Shown: in pieces, positions 1 to 13,664 of the stretch
Numbering within the stretch: the first letter of the stretch is position 1
How the letters are laid out: every line of letters begins with the position of its first letter
Assembly (NCBI RefSeq): GCF_018350175.1
Contig: NC_058368.1
Span: 54,996,001-55,060,000 of the forward strand
DNA: 64,000 bases
Direction of reading: 5' to 3'
From: Felis catus
Taxonomy: Eukaryota
Translations under genes and position numbers: made by a program
Notes under the pieces: generated by a model
What the model was told of the DNA's origin: nothing
Database searches by the model: none
What the model saw: only the letters and a program-made list of their open reading frames with translations

Positions 1-881
1 TTAGCATTACTGAAAACAAACACAAGTCTCTGAAAATTAGAAAGGAAAATAAACTTTTAAGAAAGAAATTCTGATAAAAATTCAGAAGTGAAGCGTGAGC
101 ACATGCATGTGGGTATATTTGTATGCCGACTTATAGCTGAATGGCACATAAATAGGCAGCTCTGAAGAGAAAGAGTTGGGCAAAAACAACAAGATGCAGA
201 GAAATGCAATGCAAGTAGAAAAATGAACAGAAGCTAGAAGTTTAACACTAATGTTTAAGGTATTCTTTTTTCTCCATGCGGTTTGTTGAGCAATTTTCTA
301 GTGGACAAAGTGCCAGAAATATCCCCAAAGACATAATTGGTGTTCTGATGGCTCCTCAAAGAGAAAAAGCTACACTGAAGCTGAAAGAGAAACTCCGAGA
401 TGCCCTGTGTGCTAGATAGCACAGGCAGCTCATAGGATGCTCATCTCTGTGTTAGGAGCCACAGTGAGGTAGAAGAGACACCGGTTCCATGGAGTTCTAG
501 GCTGTGAACAAATTCTTCAATAAGAGAAAAGTTTACATAAAAGAAAAAATAAATTAAACTTTCCTCTAATTTGGCAGATAAACTATACCTTAAAGAACCA
601 AAAGAGCAGATCTTAAGAATTGGCAGCTTGTCTGTTTCTGGATTGCTGAGGAAGAAATAGCCACCGTTACTAATTGATAGCAATACTTTCAAGTATCAGA
701 AGGCAGCATAGGCTAATTGCTAAATGAGCTGGTATCTGCAAACCTTCCTCTGAGTTCAGAAGAGAAAGTAACAGTGACTACTGCATCATGTATGGGCTTC
801 CTGAAGTATCGTTACTTGAAGTAGATATTACAGAGCAGAACATTCAAATGGAGCAATCTGGAAACATATCCAGCTAGGAAG
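1..881 (+). pseudogene. Pseudo-exon, open at left edge, RGS-like
   Basis: VEQFSSGQSARNIPKDIIGVLMAPQREKATLKLKEKLRDAL...KNWQLVCFWIAEEEI...SCMGFLKYRYLK*ILQSRTFKWSNLETYPARK, ending AAG|gttaga. Confidence 0.6.
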
Positions 882-1103
882 GTTAGAATTTTAGAATTTT
901 CCTGCCTTCACATTTACTGTTCAGATAGTTTTCTATTATCTATTTAGAAATCTAAATAATATCAAATAGAAGCTGATTTGCATAACAGTAAGGCAACTGG
1001 AAATTACTAATTGCTATTCAGTTACCACATAAATATTGGCAAATGCCTAATCTATATTAGCCATTGTGATAAGAACAGTGTCAACTTAAAAATAATAATA
1101 ATA

Positions 1104-1643
1104 GGGGCGCCTGGGTGGCGCAGTTGGTTAAGCGTCCGACTTCAGCCAGGTCACGATCTGGCGGTCCGTGAGTTCGAGCCCCGCGTCAGGCTCTGGGCTG
1201 ATGGCTCAGAGCCTGGAGCCTGTTTCCGATTCTGTGTCTCCCTCTCTCTCTGCCCCTCCCCCGTTCATGCTCTGTCTCTCTCTGTCCCAAAAATAAATTT
1301 AAAAAAACGTTGAAAAAAAATTTAAAAAAAAAATAATAATAATAAGGAAACTCTCAGGGCACCTGGGTAGCTCAGTTGGTTAAGCCTTGGACTTTGGTTC
1401 AGGTCATGATCTCATGGTTTGTGAGTTCAAGCCCCACGTTGGGCTCTGTGCTGACAGCTCAGAGCCTGGAGCTCACTTCGGATTCTGCGTCTCTCTCTCT
1501 CTCTCTCTCTCTAACCTTACCCTGTTCACACTCTGTGTCTCCCTCTCTCTCTGCCCACCCCCCACTTGCACTCTGTCTCTGTCTCTCAAAAATAACTAAA
1601 TGTTAAAAAAATGTTTTAAACAATTATGATATTTAAAAACAAT
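1104..1643 (+). mobile_element. Two adjacent CanSINEs (1104-1340, 1357-1643)
   Basis: ggggcgcctgggtggc tRNA-derived head, (CT)n, A tail, TSDs. Confidence 0.95.
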
Positions 1644-1999
1644 AAGAAAACTCTCTGCGATCAGTATAATGGGGACCATGAAAAATCAAGGATTGCTTGC
1701 AAGTGAAAAGAGCTATAACATATAACAGGAGGGGAGGGGAGTGAGATAAATGTTACTGAAGCAAAAAGGATGTTTGTTTCATTACAGATTTGGAGAAAGG
1801 CTAAGAGCAGGGGTGATATCCAGGGGTGATATTTCTGGTTTACTGCTAAACTGCAGGATCCTACATACTTCCAGGTACCTAGTAGGGGCTCAAATTCAGC
1901 ACCGTGAATAAATGAATACAAGGACAACTACTAAATAAAAGAAGTGAGGATGAAAAAAAAACCTCTTAAAGAATTTGTACTGGAAGAAAAGAGGCAGGG

Positions 2000-3150
2000 G
2001 GTAGGGGTATGTGGAGGAAGCTTTCTGCCAAATGAACAAAACACGTAAAAGGGCATAACAGAGAGAGAAAGTTAATGTATGTGGGGAATAGCATTCAAGC
2101 ACTGCAGTGCAGTTAGAGTACACATTTTTTTAATTGAAGAGTAGAGAAAACATGGCTGAGATTGTATTGAATGCAGACACAAGATCACAAAGGGCCTTGT
2201 TAACCATGACTCAGATCTGAATTTTTTTCTTTGCTTTCTCTGAAAGCAAAAGAGAGCCAGTTAAAATAATCTGAGTACTAAAGTGACATGATGAGATTTT
2301 CAAATTAGAAAGATCCCTGCGATAGTAATGAAAGCTAGTAGATTTGGAAGTTTTCAAACCTAAGGCAGAGAAGAGCTGTGAACAGTTATAGGAGTAAAGA
2401 TTAATAATGAAAGCTGAATTATCAGAGCAAAGCAGACCACAGGGATGAATGAGGCTTCATTCTGTCATGGGAACTAAGGAAGGACTAAGATGGCTTAGGT
2501 ATTTCTGACTCTGGAGCCTGACTGTATGGGTTGCCTTTATTCAAGATACACAGGGAGACATCAGAATTGAAATATGGGCTTGGGGGTAGTTTGATATTCA
2601 ACACAATGATTTTTAGATGCTTTTATGGACATTCAAGTGAAGGTGCACAGGAATGCCAAAAAAAAAAAAAAAAAAAAAGAAAGAAAGAAAATGGATTCGG
2701 GATTCTAGAGACATATCTTGGTGGAGTTACATAAACTTGGGACTCATCAGTGTATAGCAGAAGTCTCGAGCTGGGATGAAATCTCAAAGAGTACATAAAA
2801 TGGTAAGAGTTATAAAAATATTTTGCAGCAGATTGTAGTAGAAAATTTTTAACATTTTAGGTGGTTAGAAGACAAATCTATGAAAAATTGAGAATAAGTT
2901 GAGTGTGGTTATGGAATTCAGGAGAAGAGAATATAAAACTATTAGAAAAGAGGAACTGTTGAATCACACAGAAGTGTTAAAAAGGTTATGAAAGCTATTA
3001 ATTGTATTTGTGTGGAATTCAAATTACAAGTGTGTAGAAGAACTTTAAAAAATGAAAGTGCTAAACAAATTAAGATAATTAGTCTGAGAAGCTTGGCAAA
3101 AAGAAAAGAAAAAGGAGCAAAAGAATTAGATAAACAGGATTTTGTTTTAA
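2000..3150 (-). mobile_element. Degraded L2
   Basis: Purine-rich antisense L2 motifs (ggacattcaagtgaagg, ttgggactcatcagtgtatag). Confidence 0.6.
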
Positions 3151-3515
3151 TACTGGGGGGAAACAAGTTATAATAATGCTTTTATATATTTTTACAACTA
3201 TACTATAGCACCCCCCACACAAATTCAAAAAAATGTAAATTATATCTGATATGTCTTTATATTGTGAATTTAGGTTTATGTTTATTCTTATTATTTAAAA
3301 ATGTAATTAATATACAAATTAGCTTTAATAAACAGAATCATCATCCTTGAATCAAAAAGCCACATTTTCAATGTTTTAATAATAGAGTTCATTATATTTA
3401 ATTCTAAGGTATTAATTATATACAAACACACACACACACACACACACACACATACCCCTTACACAGTAGATACATTATAATTAAGTATCTGTATGAAGAA
3501 AATATATATTGATCT

Positions 3516-3710
3516 TTTTTTTTTAATTTAAACATTTATTTCTTTTTGAGAGAGCAGGAGCAGAGAGAGAGGGAGACACAGAATCCGAAACAGGCTCCAG
3601 GCTCTGAGCTGTCAGCACAGAGCCCAACGCGGGGCTCGAACTCACAAACCGTGAGATCATGACCTGAGCCGAAGTCGGACGCTCAACCAACTGAGCCACC
3701 CAGGCACCCC
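3516..3710 (-). mobile_element. CanSINE
   Basis: Ends ccacccaggcacccc; TSD tgatctt. Confidence 0.95.
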
Positions 3711-4178
3711 TGATCTTAGAATTAAAGACTGCAAGGAAATACTGCTGCCAAGACTGACAAAGATAAATTTTAATAAATTCATCTTCTGAAGACTTTCCAT
3801 GATTAGAAAATAAATGGAAATAGAATAGTTTTCAAAAAACGATAATCTTATTAATGCTGTATAACATTTTTTATTTAATAAATATGTATTAGATGAGTCA
3901 TTTGCATCTCAAAGATATATATTAGGATATAATTATATATACACACATATATAAAGTACTATACAAAGTGTTTCTAAAGGTTAGCAAACATGGTATTTTT
4001 ACCATTTTTCTCATATTTTATTAAAGCCTTATATCAAGCTATTAGGATTCAAGAAAGCTGAGCTGCAGCTGACATACTATCTTATAAACATAGCAAATTA
4101 AAGTGCCGTGTAATTTTTAAAGGGGAAAAATTAAGATTCAAAGGAAATTCCTGCTTTGAATTTCTACATTTTTGGCAG

Positions 4179-4276
4179 ATACCAGAAAGGATAAACGCAA
4201 GTTAAGAGAACTGCAAGAGAGAAAAAAGAAACAAAACCTAGGAGCTCCAGAAGACAATCATTCTACTTTTTAAAAA
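4179..4276 (+). pseudogene. Candidate pseudo-exon
   Basis: tttctacatttttggcag acceptor; TRKDKRKLRELQERKKKQNLGAPEDNHSTF*; weak donor. Confidence 0.35.
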
Positions 4277-4720
4277 GTTAAAAGAAAAAGAAAAAAGATA
4301 CAATAAACTCACATTTAGAATTAAGTATATTTTTAGGTTGCACATTCTAATCGCAGAAATGCTCCAAAGATGAAATCATCACAACTTAATCTTGTTTTAT
4401 ATTGACAGATGTATTCAACTCTTGGGACTGTTTCCCTCTCCCATGATTTAAATTAAATCAATTAAAAAGTCATCCTTACCTAACATAATTAATGTGATAG
4501 CACAAGCAAACAGTAAACCACTGCTTTGGATTTTAGTTTTTAAAAATCTCTTTGTAACTAATTACTTGCATTTTGAATGGCAGGATACATTTAAAACAAA
4601 GGTCTAATTCTACAGATTAAATATGGAATGTGATCTTCCAGTCATTATAATTCTGATGGAGTAAACCACTTGCCTTTTTCCACTTACAATATCATCCCTC
4701 TATTCTAAGTAGTCCCTCAG

Positions 4721-5207
4721 TAAAGCCTTGGTAATGTATGGAGTGAACATTTCCTTTGAAAGAAAAGAACCCATTCTGAAATATACGCGTCCAGTCCACA
4801 TGTGTGCAGAGATAGAAATGTCCCAGACAGATGCTTGTCAGTGAGTCCATGATTACCATCACATCCTGCACGTATCACTGAAATTCATGGTTTTGCTTGT
4901 GTAAAGGAGTTGAATCCCTGTATAATTTTTATTGGTAGATTGACCTGTTTTACTCAGTGAGTGGGCTCTAGTACTCACTGGAATACTCCCTCCATAATCC
5001 TTAATTGGTTTGTACTCTAAGAATATGAAAACAAAAGTTTATTGGATATATGTGCTAATGTCTGGGAGAAAAAAGATTAAAAATATATAGTGGTACATGC
5101 AGGACGTGGTGGTAATCACGGACTCACTGCAAGTGTCTATCTGGGACATTTCTATCTTTTCTTTTCTTTCAAAGGAAATGTTCACTTGGTACATTGCCAA
5201 GGATTTA
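4721..5207. repeat. Imperfect inverted repeat (arms 4721-4879 and 5089-5207)
   Basis: gtgaacatttcctttgaaagaaaag...gatagaaatgtcccaga is reverse-complemented in the right arm. Confidence 0.92.
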
Positions 5208-5484
5208 CCGCAAGGATGTGGAGAAAGGGGAACCCTGTTACACTGTTGGTGGGAATGCAAACTGGTGCAGCCACTATGGAAAACAGTATGGAGCTCTGTT
5301 TCTCAAAGACTTAAAAATGTAACTACCCTACAATTCAGCAATCACATTACTAGGTATTTACCCAAAGAAGACAAAAATATGAGTTCAAAGGGATACATTC
5401 ACCCCAATGTTTATGGCAGCATTATCTGCAATAGCCAAATTATGGAATAGCCTAAGTGTCCATCAACTGAGGAATGGGTAAAGA

Positions 5485-5537
<53 letters not shown>

Positions 5538-5915
5538 GCAATATTACTCAGCCATCAAAAGAGTAAATTCTTGCCATTTGCAATTACATGGATGAAGCTA
5601 GAGAGTATTATGCTAAGTGAAATAAGTTAGTCAGAGAAAGACAAATACCGTAGTGGAATTTAAGGAACAAAAACAAAGGGAAAAAGAGAGGGAAGCAAAC
5701 CAAGAAACAGACTGTTAACTAATAGAGAACAAACTTATGGTTGCCAGTGAAGGGGGGGGGGGCGCGTGTTAAACGACTGAGATTAAGGAGTGCACTTGCT
5801 GTGACGAGTACCAGGTGTTGTATGGAAACACTGAATCACTCACTATATTGTACACTTGAAACTGATATTACACCATATGTTAACAATCTGGAATTTAAAT
5901 AAAAACTTTAAAAAA
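5208..5915 (+). mobile_element. Carnivore L1 3' fragment
   Basis: [14 protein letters not shown] motif, 3'UTR, internal (GT)n. Confidence 0.92.
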
Positions 5916-6756
5916 GTGGGATCAGCCATTTTTAAACTGGCCAAACTGGGAAAAGAAAGGCAAGAAAATAGATGAAAGGACGGGAAGCACAACCAGACAC
6001 CGAGGCTGAGATCAGGGAAGCTTTCTGAAGATAACATCTGAATTAAGACTGCAGTATCACCTGGAGTACACCAAGGGGGGAATGAGGAAAGGGCATATTG
6101 GGGTTGATAGAAACATGTGCAAAAGCAAAGACATCTGAAGAAGAACGGTGTTGGGAATTCCAAATACAAATCAAAGATCTCTTACCCTATTAATCCTTAC
6201 CTCAATCCTAGTAAACCCAAAACAGAACCTTTTATTGTTCTACCTACACTGTTGTTCCCCACTCTTCCCTTTATTAGGAAATTAACCTATTATCTGCCCT
6301 AAAGCAAAAATTCAGAAGTCATTTTTAATTCCTCCCTTTCTCTCATTTCTCATAAGTAATGCATCACTAAGTCTATTTGCTGCTTCCTCCAAAATCTATC
6401 TAGTACCCACCCACTTCTATCTTCCCAACCATCCATTGAAGCCAGGCCACATTCATTCTTTAATTCAGTAACTGCAATAACCTTCTGCCTGGCCCCCCTG
6501 AATCAATTTTTACTCATCAAGTACTCATTACACAGCAGCAAGAGTAATACTTTCAAATTTAGTTAAGGTTATTCCGTTGTTTATATCTCTTAAATGAGTA
6601 TAGCTGATATACAATGGTAGATTATTTTCAGGGATACAATAATTTGACAAGTTTATACATTACATTATGGTCACCACAAGTATAGCTACCATCTATCTGT
6701 CAACACAACGCTATTATAATTCATTGACTATATTCCCTAAAATAATAAATGCTGTA

Positions 6757-6976
6757 GGGGCGCCTAGGTGGCTCAGTTGGTTAAGCATCCAACTTCAGCT
6801 CAGGTCATGATCTCATGGTTCATGAGCTTGAGCCCCATGTTGGGCTCTGTGCTGACAGCTCAGAGCCTAGAGCCTGCTTCAGATTCTGTGTCTCCCTCCC
6901 TCTCTGTCCTTCCCCACTGTATGCTCTTTCCCTCTCTGTCTCTCTCTCTTTCTCAAAAACAAACATTTAAAAAAAA
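6757..6976 (+). mobile_element. CanSINE
   Basis: Consensus head, (CT)n, A tail. Confidence 0.95.
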
Positions 6977-7242
6977 CTGCTGTAAAATACATTGAAATAA
7001 AACAAAAAATTCTCAAATTTGCATTACACTAAAGGTAAAAGTTAAATTCTTTACCTTAACATACAACCTCCTTGGCCTCATATCACTCCCTGTCTCATTT
7101 AACTATACTTGCCCCATATTACTTCCATTGGTCCACAAGTACCTGTCTTAGAACTTTGCATTTACCACACCACCCTGCCTCAAAGTCCTTGCATTGGTGA
7201 TGATGTCATCCTTTTAGATCTTCAATTAAAAGTTACCTCTTT

Positions 7243-7433
7243 GGGGGCACCTGGGTGGCTCAGTTGGTTAAGCATCCAACTTCGGCTCAGGTCATGATCT
7301 CATGGCTCGTGACTTTGAGCCCAGTGTCGGGCTCTCTGTTGTCAACTCAGAGCCTGCTTCAGATCCTCTGTCCCCCTCCCCTGCTTGCGCACTCTCTCTC
7401 GCTCTCTCAAAAATAAATAAACATTAAAAAAAA
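7243..7433 (+). mobile_element. CanSINE
   Basis: Consensus head and tail. Confidence 0.95.
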
Positions 7434-7823
7434 GTGGTCTCTTTAGTTCTACAGCAGCTCAATTTAAAATTGAAAATTAACCCTTTCATTTTTGCTCCTA
7501 TTCCTGAATTTTTACTGGCTATCACATTACTGCTTTTGGTTCCTTCATAGCATTTATCATTATTTGCATATGCTTTTATATATAACTACATATATAACAT
7601 AAAACTCATATATAGTTATAAAATTACAGACATAACTAGCGGTAACTACATAAAATATTTAGGACTAAAACCCTAACAAGTAAGAAAGCATACATTCAAC
7701 TAGCATGTCCACTGTCTATATATTTTACCCCCAAGCCCTCTATAAATCTTCATGGCTATAGTAAGTATTTTTTTTTCCACACTGTTTCCCTTCAAACCCT
7801 TGTGTGATATTTTTTACTGGCAG

Positions 7824-8093
7824 AATGGACAGTGAAAATAAGAAAATGTTTGCTGTCCAGCAAAATACATAAATTAGAAAAGTATCATGCAGACAAAACT
7901 TTGTTGAGATGATGACTTGAAAAAGAAATACTTTTAACATATTCTGTCACAAAGAAATTGACCTTTAAAATAAAGGATAGCACACTCACTCTACATAAGA
8001 ACACATCCTTCACATAAATGTGCCTGATATATCACAGTTGAGTCAATGCTGAAGTGTTATTGAATATTTTATCATGAAAAGACGATATTATAG
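7824..8093 (+). pseudogene. Pseudo-exon (phase 2/2)
   Basis: tttttactggcag|...ag|gttaat; MDSENKKMFAVQQNT*...VIEYFIMKRRYY; phase matches next exon. Confidence 0.5.
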
Positions 8094-8382
8094 GTTAATC
8101 TGAAAATATTTCTCAAGGAGTTTTTGTTTTTGGAGGAGGATGTAAATGACTAGTGAAGGAAGGCTGAAAATGAAAATATAAAGAAAAGTAAGATATTGGA
8201 AGGCAGAGTAAAAGAATAAAATGACAGAAAATCTTGGAGGGCAGCAAGGAGATCATGAACTGTAAGAAAAAAACAAATTAGCTGTGAAGAGCACTACATT
8301 CATGCATTCAGAATGAATACACTGCAGTTAGGCAATTATGTCAAAGACTGCATTTGATGATCTCTCAAATTTGTGCTTTTAG

Positions 8383-8740
8383 TTACAGGGAATTTTACCA
8401 TGTAGACTTAGCCTCAGCCTTAGTAGGATACATTGATTTATAGTCATTACGATTTGTATTCAAAGCAGGTTTTCAACTGCAGCTCTCATAACAGCAATAA
8501 AGCTTGCTAGGTCAGAATGTTTCATCTTAATGAATAATTTATGTAACAGTAAGTCACATGTTGAGCTGTGGAAAGTACTACCATAGGTGAACATTTCGGA
8601 ACTATGAACCCAGTTTTAAATTTTTACTTACTGCAATTGAAGGAAAAAATACGAGTTTAGTTTCCTTTCAAAGGAACCAGGAAGCCCTTGAAAAAGATAA
8701 AACGACTCCCATGACAAGTGCAGAGGATTTCTTTTTATAG
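8383..8740 (+). pseudogene. Pseudo-exon, RGS-like
   Basis: gtgcttttag|; YREFYHVDLASALVGYIDL*...STAALITAIKLARSECFILMNNLCNSKSHVELWKVLP*...NYEPSFKFLLTAIEGK, with frameshifts. Confidence 0.55.
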
Positions 8741-8911
8741 GTTTACTTGTAAAAGGAACAAAAATCCTAGCTGAAAAACAAAAATTTAAAACATGCATTT
8801 AGTCTAGGAATTACTCAAAATGTCTGCTGAAAGCAGAAGTCTTTTAAACTAGGTCAGCCTAATATAATTTTAGGATAAATTAGATCTGTTTGGATTCTAA
8901 TTTCAAATCAG

Positions 8912-9170
8912 AATATCACAATCTACTGTAACAAAACTGTTGAACAAACAAGTGTATTTCTACTACCAGGATATTTGCAGGGGGCAGGGTGGGGAAGCTC
9001 TCTATTTATCACTTCCCTATCAGAGCAAAGCACTATATTTTCTCCATCTGTCCCTTGCTCAGATATTTTACTCATCTCAAGGTTGCAGAGAAATAAAATG
9101 CAATCACATCTGTCAGTTACATTGGGAATATCTGCTTTAAACAGTTTACTTCCACTGCTGGCATAGTTAA
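8912..9170 (+). pseudogene. Pseudo-exon, RGS-like
   Basis: Long open frame ISQSTVTKLLNKQVYFYYQDICRGQGGEALYLSL...EIKCNHICQLHWEYLL; 3' end approximate. Confidence 0.45.
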
Positions 9171-9944
9171 GTACAAAATAAATATGTACTGACACGCATT
9201 TATATATTTACACATATGTACAATAAATATAGCATTTGCCCTAATGCAGAGGTGATTGCGAAAAATAACAGCTAACATCTGTGAAGTGCCTACTAAGTAG
9301 GGTAATGTGTTAAATTATTTTATTTCCATAACCTAATATGAGCTGCACAACAACAAACAAGAGAGGTATATGAGCATATGAGAGATTACTAAACTATAGT
9401 TAACTCCTAAGAGAGGGAACTTGCCCCAAGCCATATTGTTTGTAAACAGCAGAGCAGAAATTTCTACTATATGCCTGATCAAGAGCCCATGGCCTTAACC
9501 ACTTCTCTGTTTTGTCAATCCTAAAAAGAAATAGGAGAAGCAAAGACAAATGACTTCAAAATCCTACTGCTCTCAGCAGCTGACAGATTAGAAGGACCCA
9601 CGCCTGCTATCAAATTTTCATTAGAATTTTTTTTTAAAGTTTTTATAGATCCTTGAACTTCTTATGGCCCCTTGCTTATTTTCACTGACAATTAGATGAC
9701 TTTTTAATATCCTATCATGTCTTATGGTATGTGAAACCATTTTTATTAAGATTATAATTAGAAAAACAAAACAAATTAAAATAATATATTTTACTAGCAT
9801 TAAATGTTTTATTATTTACAACTATCAGCTGGAATGCTGCATTTTTAGGAGTCCTGCATTTTTAAATTTTTTCAAATTATTTTTCTCTTATTTTTATTTT
9901 ATTATTATTACTGTATTATTCACTTCATTTTTTAGAGCAGTTTT

Positions 9945-12060
9945 TTTTTTATTTTTTAGAGCCAAATTGAGCAAAATTGAGGTTTCCCATGTATTCCCTG
10001 CCCCTACACACGCATAGCATTTCCCATTATCAACATCCCCCACCAGAGTGACTGGTAGGTTTGTTACAATCGGTGAAACCACATTCACACATCATAAACA
10101 CCCAAAATCTACGGTTTATATTATGGTTCACTTTTGGTGTTGCACATTCTGTGGGTTTGGACAAATGTATAATGACACATATCCATCAAACAGAGTATTT
10201 TCACTGCCCTAAAAATCCTCGGTCCACCTATTCATCCACTCCCCTCACCTCAGCCCCTGGTGGCCACTGATCTCTTTACTGACTCCATAGTTTTGCCTTT
10301 TCCAGAATGTCATATACTTGGAATTAAACAGTATGCAGCCTCTCAGATTGGCTTTCATACAATGACATGCATTCAAAGTTTCCCCATGTCTTTTCATGGT
10401 TTGCTATCTCACTTCTTTTCAGTGCTGAATAATATTCCATAGTCTGACTAGACCACAGTTTTGAATTTATCCATTCACCTACTGAAGGGCACCTCGGTTG
10501 CTTTTAAGTTTGGGCTGTTTTGAATAAAGCTGCTATAAGTAACTGTGGGCAGGGTTTTGTGTTGACATAAGTTTTCTATGGTAAATACCAAGAAGCATGG
10601 ATGCTGGATTATAGGATAAATTTATGTTTAGTTTGTAAAAAAGACGTCAAACTGTCTTCCGGCGGGGGAGGGGGGGGAGGGAGAGGCTGTACTATTTTGC
10701 ATTCCCACCAGCAATGATGAGAGTCTCTGTTGCTTCATGTCCTTGTCAACATTTGATGTAGTTAGTGTTCCAGATTTTGGCCATTCTAATAAGTGTGTAG
10801 TAATATCTCACTGTTGTTTAAGTTTGCATTTCTCTGAGGATATGATATGGAACATCTTTTCATATGCTTATTTGCCACATGCATATCTTCTTTGGTGAGG
10901 TCTTTCAAAGTCTTTGATCAAACTTTAATAAAGTTGTTTTTGTACTGTTGAGTTTTAAAAGTTCTTTGTATGTTTTTGCTAAAAGTTTTTTTTTTCTTTT
11001 TTTTTTTCAACGTTTATTTATTTTTGGGACAGAGAGAGACAGAGCATGAACGGGGGAGGGGCAGAGAGAGAGGGAGACACAGAATCGGAAATAGGCTCCA
11101 GGCTCAGAGCCATCAGCCCAGAGCCTGACGCGGGGCTCGAACTCACGGACCGCGAGATCGTGACCTGGCTGAAGTCGGACGCTTAACCGACTGCGCCACC
11201 CAGGCGCCCCCTCTTTTTTTAAATCAGATGTGTCATCAGCAAATAAATATCCAGTCTGTGGCTTCTAATTCTCTTGACACTCCTTTAGCAGAGGAAAAAA
11301 ATTTAATATAATGAAGTCCAGATCATCCATGATTTCTTTGTATCTTTGGTATTGTACCTAAAAAGTCACAGATATAACCAATATCATTTTTTATTATTTT
11401 TTAGGAGTTTTATAATTTTGCATTTTATATTTAGGTCTGTGACACATTTTGAGTTAATTTTCGTGTAGCGTATAAGATCTGTGTCTTGATTTTTTTTTTT
11501 TTTTCACATGTGCATGTCTGGTTGTTCCAGCACCATTTGTTGAAAAGGCTATCTTTGCTCCACTGTATTGCCTTTGTTTCTTTGTCAAATATTAGTTGGC
11601 TATATCTATGTGACTCTATTTCTGGGCTCTCTATTCTGTTCTAGTTGTTTATTCTTTCACCAGTACTACACTGTCTTGATGATGGTAGCTTTACAGTAAG
11701 GCTTCAAGTTGAGTAGCATCAGTCTTCCAGCTTTGTTCTCATTCATCTTGTGTTGGCTTTTCTGAGTTGTTTGTCTCTCCGTATAAACTTTAGTAAGTTC
11801 ATTGTCCACAGAGTAAGGTGCAGGAATTTTGACTGGGATCCATACTGAATCTATAGTTCAAGTTGGGAATAACTGGCATCTAGACAATATTGAGTGTTAT
11901 TACCTATGAACATACTATATTTCTCCATTTATTTACTTCTTTGATTTCATTCATCAGAGTTTTGTGGTTTTCCTCAAATAGACCTTGTACATACTTTGTT
12001 AGATTTGTACCTACATATTTCATTTTGGGGGGGATGCTAATACAAATGGTATTTAGTTTT
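9945..12060 (-). mobile_element. Old L1M 3' portion, interrupted by a SINE
   Basis: Antisense L1 motifs ttccagcaccatttgttgaaaagg and gcattcccaccagcaatga. Confidence 0.9.
10986..11210 (-). mobile_element. Young SINEC_Fc
   Basis: Near-consensus, CpGs intact. Confidence 0.97.
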
Positions 12061-12061
12061 A

Positions 12062-12290
12062 GGGGCGCCTGGGTGGCTCAGTCGGTTAAGCTTCCGACTT
12101 CGGCTCAGGTCACGATCTCGCGGTCTGTGAGTTCGAGCCCCGCGTCGGGCTCTGTGCTGACTGCTCAGAGCCTGGAGCCTGTTTCAGATTCTGTGTCTAC
12201 CTCTCTCTCTGACCCTCCCCCGTTCATGCTCTGTCTCTCTCTGTCTCAAAAATAAATAAATGTTAAAAAAAATTAAAAAAAAACAAAAAA
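12062..12290 (+). mobile_element. Young CanSINE
   Basis: 19-bp TSD caaatggtatttagtttta. Confidence 0.97.
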
Positions 12291-12427
12291 CAAATGGTAT
12301 TTAGTTTTAACTTCAAGTATATATATGTATATAACATACTATATAACATACTATATATAATATATAACATATTAAATATATATTATATATAACAACTATT
12401 ACATTAAATATATAATTATATATAATG

Positions 12428-12459
12428 TTTTTATTTATTATATATTTGTTTTATTTATT

Positions 12460-12500
<41 letters not shown>

Positions 12501-12620
12501 CAGAGCACAAGCAGGGGAGAAAGAAAGGGAGACACAGAATCCAAAGCAGGCTCCAAGCTCTGAGCTGTCAGCACAGAACTTGATGTGGTGCTCCAACCCA
12601 GGAACCGAGAGACCTGGGTT
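12428..12620 (-). mobile_element. Truncated CanSINE
   Basis: (GA)n and body present, head missing. Confidence 0.9.
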
Positions 12621-12703
12621 CAATGACCACTAGAAAATGGTACGTATTTTCTTACTCTGTTTTATATTTTATCACACATTATGTTTTTTTCCTCTTCTTC
12701 TAG

Positions 12704-12893
12704 ACTCTTTAGGTACCGATGCAGAGCATTTTTATAAGCTGGGAAGGCATTTTTTATCTAAATTTGTTTTTGGTCTGGCTCATATACCACCAAACACACA
12801 AATGAACACTTAAAGAATGTTTGCAAACGATGAAGAGCAGAACTATAAAACTTTAAAATTTATGTTATATAATCCAGAACTATATTAAAAGAG
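12704..12893 (+). pseudogene. Pseudo-exon (phase 1/2)
   Basis: ttttttcctcttcttctag|...gag|gtatgg; SLGTDAEHFYKLGRHFLSKFVFGLAHIPPNTQMNT*RMFANDEEQNYKTLKFMLYNPELY*K. Confidence 0.7.
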
Positions 12894-13088
12894 GTATGGA
12901 GTAAATTTATTTTACTTATCATACATAATTTGATTGGAATCAATGACCTCCAAGATGGTCCCATTAATACTATTTTTTTATGGCATTTTAGTTAAAGCAT
13001 AGGTCACTTTGCTATTGGCTTCCATAATACTACAGCCTAAAATACATGTGGATGCCTTGCATAGAGTCTAGGTTTTCCATAATCATTT

Positions 13089-13202
13089 CTTTTAAGGTTT
13101 ATTTATTTATTTAGTAATCTCTACACCCAACGTTGGGCTCAAAACTAACAACCCTGAGATCAAGAGTCACATGCTCTTCTGACTGAGCCAGCTGGGTGCC
13201 CC
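13089..13202 (-). mobile_element. Short carnivore SINE
   Basis: gtaatctctacacccaacg...gactgagccagctgggtgcccc. Confidence 0.9.
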
Positions 13203-13224
13203 TTCCATATTCATTTTGAAATAG

Positions 13225-13664
13225 TAGATAAGCTACTGTCCCAGGATATAGCAGCAGTGTGTGGTCAATTATACAGCAAGCCAAAATTCTTAAGTTCATA
13301 CATTATCATGTGGGGCAGTTTAGGAAGGGGGAGTTTGATTATCAACAGAATGTTAAAATGTGGTTGTAGGAAGCTCCTTTTATCACGTATGAATTGCCAG
13401 AATCAAATCTGTTGGGCAAAACAGTGCTGTGGCTTGAAGTAGAGCCCCCGTGTCAGAGTGAATAACACCCAAACAGATGATGAAGTTCCAGATGGCTAGG
13501 GATATGAAGAAATGTAACTGCAGGAAACAGATGAAGTTTGTCTGTTTGTTTGTTTGATCTGTCAGTTTCACAGCAACAGGCTACATAAATGGGAATGGCC
13601 TCCACTTGTTTTCACGGGATCACAGGCTCTTCCTCTGGGAAATATTAGGAGAAACAAAACACAG
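13225..13664 (+). pseudogene. Pseudo-exon (phase 2/0)
   Basis: ATVPGYSSSVWSIIQQAKILKFIHYHVGQF...NLLGKTVLWLEVEPP, one frameshift, ...GNIRRNKTQ|gttcat. Confidence 0.5.

Noticed and set aside
1011..1606. ORFs with GAPGWLS / WVAQSVK / SLSLSQK motifs (also near 6768, 11890, 18784, 43694, 46708, 62297)
   Set aside because: Translations of CanSINE consensus, not genes.
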